The notes below the pieces were generated by a model. The model made no database searches, was not told the DNA's origin, and saw only the letters and a list, made by a program, of their open reading frames with translations. The translations under genes and the position numbers were made by a program. Positions 49,172 through 58,806 of a stretch of 64,000 nt of DNA are shown here, piece by piece (within the stretch, counting starts at the first letter, position 1; each line of letters starts with the position of its first letter). Origin of the DNA: a bacterium (GTDB lineage: Bacteria; SAR324; NAC60-12); assembly GCA_965233585.1 (NCBI GenBank), contig CBDDTI010000746.1, forward strand, positions 256,001 through 320,000, read 5' to 3'.

Positions 49172-50953
49172 ATGAAAGAAATTAGAAACATTGCAATCAT
49201 CGCACACGTAGATCACGGAAAAACGACATTAGTTGACCAAATGTTCCGTCAAAGTGGTGTGTTTAGACAAAACCAAACTATTGATGAACGTGTCATGGAT
49301 TCTATGGATTTGGAACGAGAACGTGGAATCACCATTGCGGCAAAAAACTGTTCCGTCAGTTGGCAAAGCGTCAAGATTAACATTCTTGACACTCCCGGAC
49401 ATGCAGATTTTGGGGGAGAAGTAGAACGTGCATTGATGATGGTAGATGGTGCTATCTTGCTAGTAGATGCCTCTGAAGGTCCTTTGCCCCAAACACGCTT
49501 TGTCTTGAAAAAAGCACTTGAGCAAAAATTAAGCATCATTGTTGTCATCAATAAAATAGACAGGTCTGATGCACAAATCCAGCATGTCTTAAATCAAGTT
49601 TATGACTTGTTCATTGACCTTGATGCAACAGAAGAACAACTGGAGTTCCCAGTCCTCTACGCCATTGGACGACATGGCGTTGCGAAACATGAGATTGACA
49701 GTGAGTCTGAAAACTTGATTCCTCTGTTTGAAACGATTTTGCAAGCCATTCCTGCACCACAACATGACCCCAGTGAACCCTTTCAAATGCTGGTGACCGA
49801 TTTGGATTATTCTGATTATCTTGGACAGCTTGCCATTGGTCGGGTCTCTCATGGTTCTGTTCAAAAAAATGAAAACCTGATTCGTGTTGACGAACATCAG
49901 CAAAGCCACACCTTGCGGGCAACTAAACTGCAGGTTTATCAAGGTTTGGATATGGCAGAAGTAGAAAGAGTCAGCCCGGGAGATATTTTGATTCTTGCAG
50001 GACTTCAGAGTGTCAAAATTGGGGACACCATTTGCACCAAAGAAAACCCAAAAATTTTAGAACGAGTTGTCGTTGATGAGCCAACAATTTCCATGTGCAT
50101 TTATACAAATACTTCCCCCCTAGCAGGACGAGAAGGCTCAATCGTGCAAGGTAATAAGATCAAAGACAGGCTGTTTAAAGAGACGTTAAGCAACGTGGCA
50201 TTACAGGTGGAAGAGACAGACAACTCCGAACGTTTCATTGTCAAAGGTCGTGGTGAGCTTCAAATGGCTGTCTTGGTAGAAACGATGAGGCGTGAGGGAT
50301 TTGAGCTTGCAGTAGGACGCCCTGAAGTGATTTTTAAAAATGAAAATGGCATCACACTAGAACCAATAGAATCCGTTTATATTGATTGTGAAGAGGGGTT
50401 TTTGGGTGTGATTTCAGAAAAACTGGCACAGCGGAAAGGGAAAATGGTCAACTTAGTCAATCATGGTACAGGACGCATCAATGCAGAATTTAACGTCCCC
50501 TCTCGTGGACTGATAGGCTATCGCAACGAATTTTTAACAGACACAAGAGGCACAGGGATTCTCAACGCTTCTCTTTTAGGATATGAGCCGTATCGTGGTG
50601 ATTTCCCTTCACGTTTCACAGGGTCTATTGTTGCAGACCGTCAAGGGTCAGCTGTGGCTTATGCGTTGTTTAACTTGTTGCCAAGAGGGGCATTGTTTAT
50701 TTCACCGGGCGAGCAAGTCTATCAAGGCATGGTCGTTGGAGAACATAACCGAGACTCTGATTTGTCAGTCAACCCTTGCAAGGAAAAAAAGCTCTCCAAC
50801 GTCCGTGCTTCTGGTAAAGATGAGGCAGTGACGCTCACCCCTGTTGTACCGATGACTCTGGAACGTGCGATTGAATTTATACGTGAGGGAGAGATTGTTG
50901 AGGTAACCCCTAAAAACATCAGGATTAGAAAAATGGTGTTAAAAGCCAGTTAG
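49172..50953 (+). CDS. typA: Translational GTPase TypA/BipA
   Basis: AHVDHGKTT, DTPGHADFGGEVER, GRGELQ, EVTP. Confidence 0.97.
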   Translation: MKEIRNIAIIAHVDHGKTTLVDQMFRQSGVFRQNQTIDERVMDSMDLERERGITIAAKNCSVSWQSVKINILDTPGHADFGGEVERALMMVDGAILLVDASEGPLPQTRFVLKKALEQKLSIIVVINKIDRSDAQIQHVLNQVYDLFIDLDATEEQLEFPVLYAIGRHGVAKHEIDSESENLIPLFETILQAIPAPQHDPSEPFQMLVTDLDYSDYLGQLAIGRVSHGSVQKNENLIRVDEHQQSHTLRATKLQVYQGLDMAEVERVSPGDILILAGLQSVKIGDTICTKENPKILERVVVDEPTISMCIYTNTSPLAGREGSIVQGNKIKDRLFKETLSNVALQVEETDNSERFIVKGRGELQMAVLVETMRREGFELAVGRPEVIFKNENGITLEPIESVYIDCEEGFLGVISEKLAQRKGKMVNLVNHGTGRINAEFNVPSRGLIGYRNEFLTDTRGTGILNASLLGYEPYRGDFPSRFTGSIVADRQGSAVAYALFNLLPRGALFISPGEQVYQGMVVGEHNRDSDLSVNPCKEKKLSNVRASGKDEAVTLTPVVPMTLERAIEFIREGEIVEVTPKNIRIRKMVLKAS

Positions 50954-51558
50954 AACTTTAGCACTTCATCAAACATGGCATTGTCCAACGATGTTGGTGC
51001 AAAGACAACCAATGTCTTGAATGGACTAGGAAAGCATTTTTGAAGAAAATTGATGGCGGGGCAAGCTAAATGCGGGGCAAGTGTGGAGTCAAGCAAAACC
51101 AAATCCACCTTTGCCAACGCCAATGCCAAGACCAAAAAATCGTGAAGATTTTCCCTTGAAAGCATTTTAAGTTTTTGTTTTTGAATTACAGGGGTCAGTT
51201 GGAGATGTTCCATCAGAAGACGTTGAGAACAGAGACGACCCCCGAACCAGACTTTGCTTTGAAATAAAAGTGATTGCAAATGGTCTTTCATCGTGTTTTC
51301 AAAATCTAAACGTTGGTAGATTTGAGTGTTTGAAATGGTTGACACAAATTGCAGTTCTTCAATCCAACCGCTGGTGGGCTTCAACTCCCTTAAAAATATC
51401 TTTTGTAAAACTCTTATCTGTTCAGGATTTGCAGAAAGTAAGAGGCACTGCCCCCGTTTAACAGACAGGTCAAAGGCAGGAAATTCGTCTTGTTCCAAAC
51501 CATACGTCACATGATGAAATGTCAACAAATTTTTCACTAAAGTTTGAAGTTCGGTCAT
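50950..51558 (-). CDS. Hypothetical protein, possibly a degenerate ABC-ATPase-like fold
   Basis: KPTSG and LVLLD-like segments, no intact Walker A; start uncertain. Confidence 0.45.
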   Translation of the reverse strand: MTELQTLVKNLLTFHHVTYGLEQDEFPAFDLSVKRGQCLLLSANPEQIRVLQKIFLRELKPTSGWIEELQFVSTISNTQIYQRLDFENTMKDHLQSLLFQSKVWFGGRLCSQRLLMEHLQLTPVIQKQKLKMLSRENLHDFLVLALALAKVDLVLLDSTLAPHLACPAINFLQKCFPSPFKTLVVFAPTSLDNAMFDEVLKF

Positions 51559-52004
51559 TAGAGCAAACTGCACAAATTGGATATGCAATAGGTCAAGCAT
51601 TGTTTGGTGGGTCTGCCATTGCTTTATCTGGTGAGATGGGGTCTGGCAAGACAACACTTTGTAAAAGCATTTGTCATGGTTTAGGAGTCAATCCTGATGA
51701 TGTGATTTCTCCAACTTACACTTTGGTCAATGCTTACTCTGGTCAACTGCCGATTTTGCATGTTGACCTTTACAGAATAGAATTGCAAGAAGATTTGTCT
51801 GCTTACGATTTAGAAGATTTGATTTGCTTTGATGGGGTGACATTGGTGGAGTGGGCAGATTTTCTACTTGATGAACTAGAAGAATTGGCATTGCTACATC
51901 TCCAAATTGCCGCTTCCTCCGAAATGCAACGAACTTTGATTTGTTCTACAACAAATCAAGACATGCAAAAGGTTTTACAAGCTCTGCAAAAGATTCATTT
52001 TTAA
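51519..52004 (+). CDS. tsaE: t6A biosynthesis ATPase
   Basis: GEMGSGKTT, SPTYTL, HVDLYR, VEW. Confidence 0.93.
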   Translation: MSTNFSLKFEVRSLEQTAQIGYAIGQALFGGSAIALSGEMGSGKTTLCKSICHGLGVNPDDVISPTYTLVNAYSGQLPILHVDLYRIELQEDLSAYDLEDLICFDGVTLVEWADFLLDELEELALLHLQIAASSEMQRTLICSTTNQDMQKVLQALQKIHF

Positions 52005-52007
52005 ACG

Positions 52008-52673
52008 ATGCTGTCTGCTTTTCTGCTGAACTCTGCCTTGGGATTCATTCACATTGTGCTAGTCAAGCATGACCAAGTGGTTTGGAGTGAACAGCAACCG
52101 AGTACCAAAGAAACCGACCGATTGATTTTTCATCAAATTGATGAGGCTTTAAGGCAAAGCCAGTTGACTTTGCAAGACTTTGATTATTATGCGGTGGTAC
52201 AAGGGCCGGGTTCGTATGCAGGGATTCGGATTGGGTTTTCAGTCATCAAAACCTTTGCCATGATGTTCCAAAAACCTTTGATAGGCTTGCAATCCCTTGA
52301 CTTGTTGGCATCACATTATCAAGAATCCTCGTTTGATGTGCTATTAAATTGTGCAAGGTCGGAAGTGTTTCATGCCAAGTATCAACAACATGACGGGCAG
52401 GCAGTTGCTATGTCTCAAACACAAATGACCACTCTTGAAAAACTTCCTTGCGAACTATTAGAAAATCCTGTTGCACTGTACCGCATGCCTTCTGCCTCTC
52501 GGCGATTTGACTCCCTTTTTAACTCCGTTGTCTCGCTGACGCCTCATCAAACCATCACTAACGATCAACTTTTTTTCAAACTGGCACAAGCAACTTATGA
52601 CCAAGCCAAGCAAGTAGGCTTTCCTGACATTCAACCGATTTATTTGAAAAAAGAAGTAGATTGGAAAAAATGA
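52008..52673 (+). CDS. tsaB: t6A biosynthesis protein
   Basis: GPGSYAGIRIG, PIYL; follows tsaE. Confidence 0.88.
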   Translation: MLSAFLLNSALGFIHIVLVKHDQVVWSEQQPSTKETDRLIFHQIDEALRQSQLTLQDFDYYAVVQGPGSYAGIRIGFSVIKTFAMMFQKPLIGLQSLDLLASHYQESSFDVLLNCARSEVFHAKYQQHDGQAVAMSQTQMTTLEKLPCELLENPVALYRMPSASRRFDSLFNSVVSLTPHQTITNDQLFFKLAQATYDQAKQVGFPDIQPIYLKKEVDWKK

Positions 52674-52694
52674 TGATGAGGCGTGGGCAGTCGT

Positions 52695-53540
52695 TTAACG
52701 AAGAACAAGCGTGCCAATGCCTTGGTCAGTAAACAATTCGCTGATGATAGAATGCTGGTCAGAACCATTGATGATATGGGCTGATTTCACACCAGATTGA
52801 ATAGCAAGCAAAGCAGATTCTGTTTTGGGCAACATACCCCCAGAGATGACCCCATCTGCAATGAACGACTGGATTTGTGACAAATTGAGTTCTTGTTGCA
52901 ACTTGCCATCAATCAAGATGCCATTGACATCGGTCATAAAAATCAACTTGTTGGCTTGCATAGCAATAGCAATGTGCGAGGCGGCGAGGTCTGCATTGAC
53001 ATTATATGTCTTACCTTCCTTTGAATTAAAACCGATTGGGGACACCACAGGCAAGAACCCTGAATCTAATAGCACTTTTAACACTTCAGGATTGATTTGT
53101 CTGACTTCCCCAACATAGCCAAGGTCAATGTGCTGTTTGTGTAATTTTTTCTGCACCTCAATCAGCTGTCCATCTTTACCACTCAAACCAACAGCTTTGC
53201 CTCCAAATGAATGAAGATGAGCAATGATTTCTTTGTTGACCTTGCCTGAAAGAGCCATCTCTACAATCGGCATATCCTCTTGGGAGGTCATTCGCATGCC
53301 ATCAATAAATTGGGTTTCTTGTCCCATCTGTTGCAAAGCCTTGCTGATCTCAGGTCCCCCTCCATGAACAATGACCAGTCTCAACCCCAAAGACTGAAGC
53401 AGGACAATATCTTGGGCAAAACTTTGTTTAAGCTGTTCCTCCACCATTGCAGCACCTCCATATTTGATGACAATGGTTTGACCTTGAAATTTTTTGATGT
53501 AAGAGAGTGCCTCAATCAGAAGGTCTCTTTTAGATTGCAT
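52695..53540 (-). CDS. argB: Acetylglutamate kinase
   Basis: IKYGGAAM, VHGGGP, NVNAD, GGMLPK; start uncertain. Confidence 0.95.
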   Translation of the reverse strand: MQSKRDLLIEALSYIKKFQGQTIVIKYGGAAMVEEQLKQSFAQDIVLLQSLGLRLVIVHGGGPEISKALQQMGQETQFIDGMRMTSQEDMPIVEMALSGKVNKEIIAHLHSFGGKAVGLSGKDGQLIEVQKKLHKQHIDLGYVGEVRQINPEVLKVLLDSGFLPVVSPIGFNSKEGKTYNVNADLAASHIAIAMQANKLIFMTDVNGILIDGKLQQELNLSQIQSFIADGVISGGMLPKTESALLAIQSGVKSAHIINGSDQHSIISELFTDQGIGTLVLR

Positions 53541-55176
53541 GTTGTGAGGAGATGGCATGTCTGCTTCTTGCTTGTAATGCAACGCTCATTTTGTAAACTC
53601 TGAATTTAAGAAAGTATCCGTTCAAAGAGATTTCATCACCTTCTCGCAAATAACGATAATCTACTCTTCTACGATTGACATAAATATTTTCATTAGAGTT
53701 GACATTTTGCAATTTGTATTGAGTGCCAACCTTTTGGATTTTTGCATGATAGAGAGACAGGTTTGGTGCAAAAATCGTCAGGTCGTTTTCTTCAGACTGT
53801 CCAATGAAGGTGATGTTTTTAGTGAGAGGATATTCTTGTTTGGTTCTTTGATTAATCAGCAATCCTGTTCCAAAAGGAAGGGGGTGTTTTGTGGGTCTAA
53901 ACTTCATCAAAGGAACAGCTTGAGCCGTTCTGGGCTTGGGCTGTTCTTTCTGTTCTTGGTCAGAAAGAAAAATGAAGAACACATCACCAATATCAAACAC
54001 ATCTCCTGACCTGATTGAGCGTCTGCGAATCCTCCTGCGGTTGATAAGCAAGGCATTTTTGACGTTGGTGTCTTCCAGAAAGACTTCACCTTTGTCATGG
54101 TTGATGTGAACTTTATTCAAATTGGCAGAAAGACGTATTCCTTTTTTTAAAGGCATTTGGTTCAAGAAGTCCAAAGACTGATGCTCGCTTGTCATAGGAA
54201 CAAAAGAAATCTTCATGTGAGGGCTGACAGCCATAAACCCTTTTTGATTGGCTGGAGTTTTAGGCTTCGGCTTCAATGTCAGCAAAATCAGGGCTACACC
54301 CACGATGAAAGCCGCACCCCACTCAAGATGAGATAAAGATTTGAGTCCAGAGATAGAGGGAGGTTGAAGCATGACCTCAATGGGCTGGCTTCCTAAATCT
54401 TGCCAGTGTATGAAAAAATTGAGCGAATGCCCGCCATACATGAACGGAGGAATGCGATAGAGCAATGCGACTTCTTTTTTGGCACGTTCTTGAAGTGCCA
54501 GTATTTTGTCAGCAAGGTTCTGATTTCCTTTGGCAAATTGAATTGGGAAAAAAGGATGCTGTTGGAGTTCTTGGTTTAAATTGGCTTCAAGTGCAATCAT
54601 CTGCCATGATTGACTTTCTTCAGATGACGCCTCTAGTAAATCTGCATGGATTTGGTTTGTCACAAATGCCACCCACAGTCTTTGGTAGACTGCTTCTTTT
54701 GACCTCTGACTTTGAAAACGTTTTTGCTTTTTGACTCGTTGCACAAAATCTCTCAACCCTTCTCCATCATGTTCTGTTCCGATTGCCTGTTGCCAGTCTG
54801 AATCTTTTGGCAGCACCAAAACTTCAGGAACACCACGTACAATTAATCGCAGTGAGGTTTGCTCTGCTAATTCTTGGAGTGTTGGAAGAAGCTGTTGTAA
54901 TGTTTGACTTTCAGGGACGTGGTTGACAGCTAAAACGATGGCGTTGTCTGTTGAGGGTAAGCGAATAGCTTCGGGAAGGATAGGCTTCCCATTGACTGAT
55001 AACGCAGAAATCTGGCTCAGCTTCAGGTCAGTCTTTTTTGCATTCTGCAGTGGCGTGAAAAACAAGTAACTTGGACCAAACAATGACACTCTGGCAGAAA
55101 ATCCGTTGACTTGAACGGTTTGTGAAAAGGCAAGAGTGGCAATGTGAAATACAAGAAAAGTAAGAATACTTTTCAT
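53530..55176 (-). CDS. Membrane protein with two C-terminal FHA-like domains
   Basis: Signal peptide, one TM, IGQSEENDL...HAKI...YVN...LREGDEI. Confidence 0.75.
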   Translation of the reverse strand: MKSILTFLVFHIATLAFSQTVQVNGFSARVSLFGPSYLFFTPLQNAKKTDLKLSQISALSVNGKPILPEAIRLPSTDNAIVLAVNHVPESQTLQQLLPTLQELAEQTSLRLIVRGVPEVLVLPKDSDWQQAIGTEHDGEGLRDFVQRVKKQKRFQSQRSKEAVYQRLWVAFVTNQIHADLLEASSEESQSWQMIALEANLNQELQQHPFFPIQFAKGNQNLADKILALQERAKKEVALLYRIPPFMYGGHSLNFFIHWQDLGSQPIEVMLQPPSISGLKSLSHLEWGAAFIVGVALILLTLKPKPKTPANQKGFMAVSPHMKISFVPMTSEHQSLDFLNQMPLKKGIRLSANLNKVHINHDKGEVFLEDTNVKNALLINRRRIRRRSIRSGDVFDIGDVFFIFLSDQEQKEQPKPRTAQAVPLMKFRPTKHPLPFGTGLLINQRTKQEYPLTKNITFIGQSEENDLTIFAPNLSLYHAKIQKVGTQYKLQNVNSNENIYVNRRRVDYRYLREGDEISLNGYFLKFRVYKMSVALQARSRHAISSQHAI

Positions 55177-56030
55177 TTTTCTTCCCAATACTGCAAGACA
55201 GCTGAACCAATTTTGATAATATCCCCAGAATTTAAAATGACTTCTTGAGTAGGGCGAAAGTTAATAAAAAGCTGAGCATCTTGGCGTGCGTTTAAAACCT
55301 GGTATTTTTGTTTTTGAGTTTTCACAATGTAAGCATGTGTTGGAAAGATTTCTGAATAAGACCTCAACGGAATATCATTGCTTTGGAGATACCCCAGAGA
55401 AGTTGATGTTTTTTCTAATGGAAAGGACTGCCAGATGTCAGAACCATTTAAGACTCTCAAATAGGAGTAATTAGACAAAAGAGACGGAATGTGGAGCGAA
55501 ATAAATAATAAAAACAGAGGAAAAATGGAACAAAAAATGGAGTATTCAAAATCTACCCTGAAAAATGAAAAGAACAAAGGACTCACAGAAGCACCCAAGG
55601 CTCCTTGTATGGCAGATTTCCAATTTGTTTTAAAGGAAAAAGGCTTGTTTAAAAAAAGACCAAGACCCGCACCAATCAAAAACCAACTCAAAGTTAATAA
55701 ATCATTGCTAGACAAAGCAAATGTGACAAAAGATAACCCTTGAGTGATTGAACCTGCAACAAATCCAACTCCCCCTCCAATCAATACGCCCCGAGACAAT
55801 CTGGGCATCAAAGAAAACCATTTTTTCTCAAAAAGGTTATACCTGATTTGGGAAAATCCTCCAATTAATACCCCAATCAAAATACGTTCATAAATGAAGG
55901 TGTCTAACAATGGGAACAAAGAGGATTTGACAAACAACGTCAGCCCTGTCAAACCCCAGTACAGAGAAGTTATTGCAAGAGCCAGCACAATGAGCCTACA
56001 AGTCAACTTCCATTTCATCAAGTTTATCAA
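55173..56030 (-). CDS. Polytopic membrane protein with C-terminal FHA domain
   Basis: Gly-rich TM helices, then LGY..SNDI...HA.I...FIN...LNSGDIIKIG. Confidence 0.75.
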   Translation of the reverse strand: MINLMKWKLTCRLIVLALAITSLYWGLTGLTLFVKSSLFPLLDTFIYERILIGVLIGGFSQIRYNLFEKKWFSLMPRLSRGVLIGGGVGFVAGSITQGLSFVTFALSSNDLLTLSWFLIGAGLGLFLNKPFSFKTNWKSAIQGALGASVSPLFFSFFRVDFEYSIFCSIFPLFLLFISLHIPSLLSNYSYLRVLNGSDIWQSFPLEKTSTSLGYLQSNDIPLRSYSEIFPTHAYIVKTQKQKYQVLNARQDAQLFINFRPTQEVILNSGDIIKIGSAVLQYWEEK

Positions 56031-57316
56031 ACTCCTGAAGGGTCTTCTTCTCTTCTAAGTGCGGCAGGCACTCTTTCTGTGAAAGAAGAGTTTTTTTCAT
56101 AATCAATATTATTTGAGAAGTATCGCTTTTTGACTGGGGGTTGTGCATCTTGGACTTGCTCCTCTTGACAATTTGCAAGATTGGTCTCAGTTGACTCTGA
56201 TGGCAAACTTGCTTGGGGAGAAAAAACGTTGACTTTAGGAGGAGGTGGGTTTTTTTTAGGCGTCCCAGAGTATTTACGTTGAGAGTATTTTTTTTCTTTT
56301 TTTTGAGAATTTTGCCCTCTTTCAAGCCTACTCGGATTGTCTTCAAAGCCTGATGCAATGACAATCATTTGAATATCATCGTCTTTTGGATCAGTTTTAT
56401 AACCTAACCCAAATTTGATCTCTGCCCCAGGAGCCTGACTTGCCAAAGACCCGCCAGCTGCTTGGACTGCTTTCATGGAAGTCTCCTTTGGAACCGTTGC
56501 ATGGTAAATAACATGCTTTGCTCCTTTGATGTTATCCCTGCCTAGCAAGGGGCTGTTCAAAGCCTCTTGGATTGCTTCAAGTGCAGCATTTTCTCCAGAG
56601 GCAGAGCCAATACCCATGATGGCTAAACCTCCCTCTTTCAAGGCAACGACAAGGTCAGCATAATCCACATTAATCTTATGTGGATTATAAATCAAATCCA
56701 TCAATGCTTTGACAATATCACGCAAGACTCGGTCAGCATGATACAAGACCTCCTCAATAGGAGCGTTATGAGCTTGTTGTCTGTAAATAGAGAGCAAATC
56801 TTGATTGTGGACAACGACTAAGGTATCCACAAGTTTTTCCAATTCTTTCAAGCCAGCTACTGCATTGTCCCAACGTCTTTTCCCTTCAAAATGAAAAGGC
56901 AAGGTCACGACAGCAACAATGAGTATTCCTTTAGCTCGTGCAACTTCTGCAACAATAGGGGCTGAGCCTGAGCCAGTTCCTCCTCCCAAGGTCGCTGTCA
57001 GCACTAAGATGCTAGTACCTTCCAGATACTCTTCAATTTGGTCCCTAGACTCTAAAGTGGCGGCACGACCAACCTCAGGATTGGAACCTGCTCCCAAACC
57101 TTCAGTGATTCGGGGGCCCAGCTGAATTTTGCAAGCGTTAGGACAAGCCTGCAGATGTTGGGCATCAGTGTTAGCAGCAATGCAAGCCACTTTGTCCAAT
57201 ATATCTGCATCCATGGATTCATAAATCCGAATGATCGCATTGCAGCCTCCCCCACCGAGTCCGAGTAACTTCACAACCACCCCGTGCGGTGTCTTTTTTT
57301 TAAGATCTGAAAACAT
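56027..57316 (-). CDS. ftsZ: Cell division protein FtsZ
   Basis: GLGGGGCNA, NTD, GAGSNPEVG, GGGTGSG, PFHFEG, NVDYAD; start at MFSDL after AGGAGG. Confidence 0.95.
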   Translation of the reverse strand: MFSDLKKKTPHGVVVKLLGLGGGGCNAIIRIYESMDADILDKVACIAANTDAQHLQACPNACKIQLGPRITEGLGAGSNPEVGRAATLESRDQIEEYLEGTSILVLTATLGGGTGSGSAPIVAEVARAKGILIVAVVTLPFHFEGKRRWDNAVAGLKELEKLVDTLVVVHNQDLLSIYRQQAHNAPIEEVLYHADRVLRDIVKALMDLIYNPHKINVDYADLVVALKEGGLAIMGIGSASGENAALEAIQEALNSPLLGRDNIKGAKHVIYHATVPKETSMKAVQAAGGSLASQAPGAEIKFGLGYKTDPKDDDIQMIVIASGFEDNPSRLERGQNSQKKEKKYSQRKYSGTPKKNPPPPKVNVFSPQASLPSESTETNLANCQEEQVQDAQPPVKKRYFSNNIDYEKNSSFTERVPAALRREEDPSGV

Positions 57317-57523
57317 ATCCCCTCCTTTAATCATCAAATTGAAATTGAAACTTTGCGATTTCCCAAACTAAGCTAACCAAAAGGAAAGCCTCCTAAACTT
57401 TTGAAGTATGAAACTCTCAACTGATTCAAAATAGTCAAATACTTCTCTAACCGAAATATAGTTCCTCTCATATCATTGCTTGCCCTAAACTTTTGAAGTC
57501 AAACTCATTCAATTTTGGACACA

Positions 57524-58783
57524 TTAAAAAAGTTCATTTGCGATACCTTTGCATGTGACAAGAAGACGATGATACAACTTTAGTCCTCCTTCGCGGTAAG
57601 ACCCCCCGTAGGTAGGCAAATGATTCAGTCCATATTTGGCAAGTCCTACTGCCGTCGCAAATTCTTTGCCATAAACCTTCTCTATAATATCTTCGGATGC
57701 TACAACGAAGTCTGGTCCTCCGCATCTTACAGGACATTGAAAGAATTCGCTTGCCTGTGTGTCTATTCCAATTAGGTTAGATCCACCCCCTGTCAGTACT
57801 AAACCTGAACTCAGCTGAGCAAAGTCTTGATTAAAAAAATTTTTCAACCTATCCTCCACATTCTGAAAAATGTCAAACATGGTGGATTCTATGTTATAAA
57901 CTAGTTCCCGTCTGGAGATTTGACGATTATTCGTGCCTGTTAAACGAATCATTTGTTCTGGCTGTTGCAAAAGGCTTGTTAATGCAAGCCCGTGTTTGTG
58001 TTTCAGATCCTCCGCAAGCTTAAATCCAACATTAAGCATTCTTGCAATGTCCTGTGTCACAATTTTCCCACCGATTGGAATCACATCAGCCCTTTTGAGC
58101 TGACCATCTCTGTAAACAACAATGTCTGTTGTGCCTCCTCCAATGTCAATCAATGCAACCCCAGACTGTTTTTCATCTTCACTCAGCGTGGCAAGGCTTG
58201 AGGCAATAGGTTGTAGGACAATTTGTCCTACTTCTAAACCTGCAAGTAGGCAACATCCAACCATGTTTGAGATAGAGGCAATATCACCTGTGATGATGTT
58301 AAACTTGCCTGTCAGCTGTTTGCCCATCATTCCAACAGGATTGGTTATACCCGTGCGATCGTCCAAGGTGTATCCCTGTTCCATGTCGTGCAAAAAGTCT
58401 CTACTGCCTCCAACAATGTTAGTTTTTGCAAATTCTTTGACCCTCTGCTTGTCTCGTTCTGTGACAACACCACTGCTGATATTCATCACACCCTCACTAG
58501 GAGTCAACCTAATATGTTCTCCTGAAACCCCAACATAGACTTTTTTGACAGTCGTTCCACTCATAGAGGAACATTCAAACATCACTTTCTCAATGGCTTC
58601 TGTGACTTCTTTCATGTTTATGACATTTCCACTCTTCATGCCCCGTGATTCGGCAAGCCCAAAGCCAGAGACATGCATCTCTCCCTGCTGGGTTTGACTT
58701 GCGGCAACCATACATATTTTGGTTGTGCCAATATCCAATCCAAACACTGTGTTAGAATGTTGTCCAGAAGAATAAGAGTCCAT
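57524..58783 (-). CDS. ftsA: Cell division protein FtsA
   Basis: GLDIGTTKI, IDIGGGTTD, LTGGG, ATAVGL. Confidence 0.95.
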   Translation of the reverse strand: MDSYSSGQHSNTVFGLDIGTTKICMVAASQTQQGEMHVSGFGLAESRGMKSGNVINMKEVTEAIEKVMFECSSMSGTTVKKVYVGVSGEHIRLTPSEGVMNISSGVVTERDKQRVKEFAKTNIVGGSRDFLHDMEQGYTLDDRTGITNPVGMMGKQLTGKFNIITGDIASISNMVGCCLLAGLEVGQIVLQPIASSLATLSEDEKQSGVALIDIGGGTTDIVVYRDGQLKRADVIPIGGKIVTQDIARMLNVGFKLAEDLKHKHGLALTSLLQQPEQMIRLTGTNNRQISRRELVYNIESTMFDIFQNVEDRLKNFFNQDFAQLSSGLVLTGGGSNLIGIDTQASEFFQCPVRCGGPDFVVASEDIIEKVYGKEFATAVGLAKYGLNHLPTYGGSYREGGLKLYHRLLVTCKGIANELF

Positions 58784-58806
58784 GAGTTTTCTTCAAAGAT
58801 TTTTGG

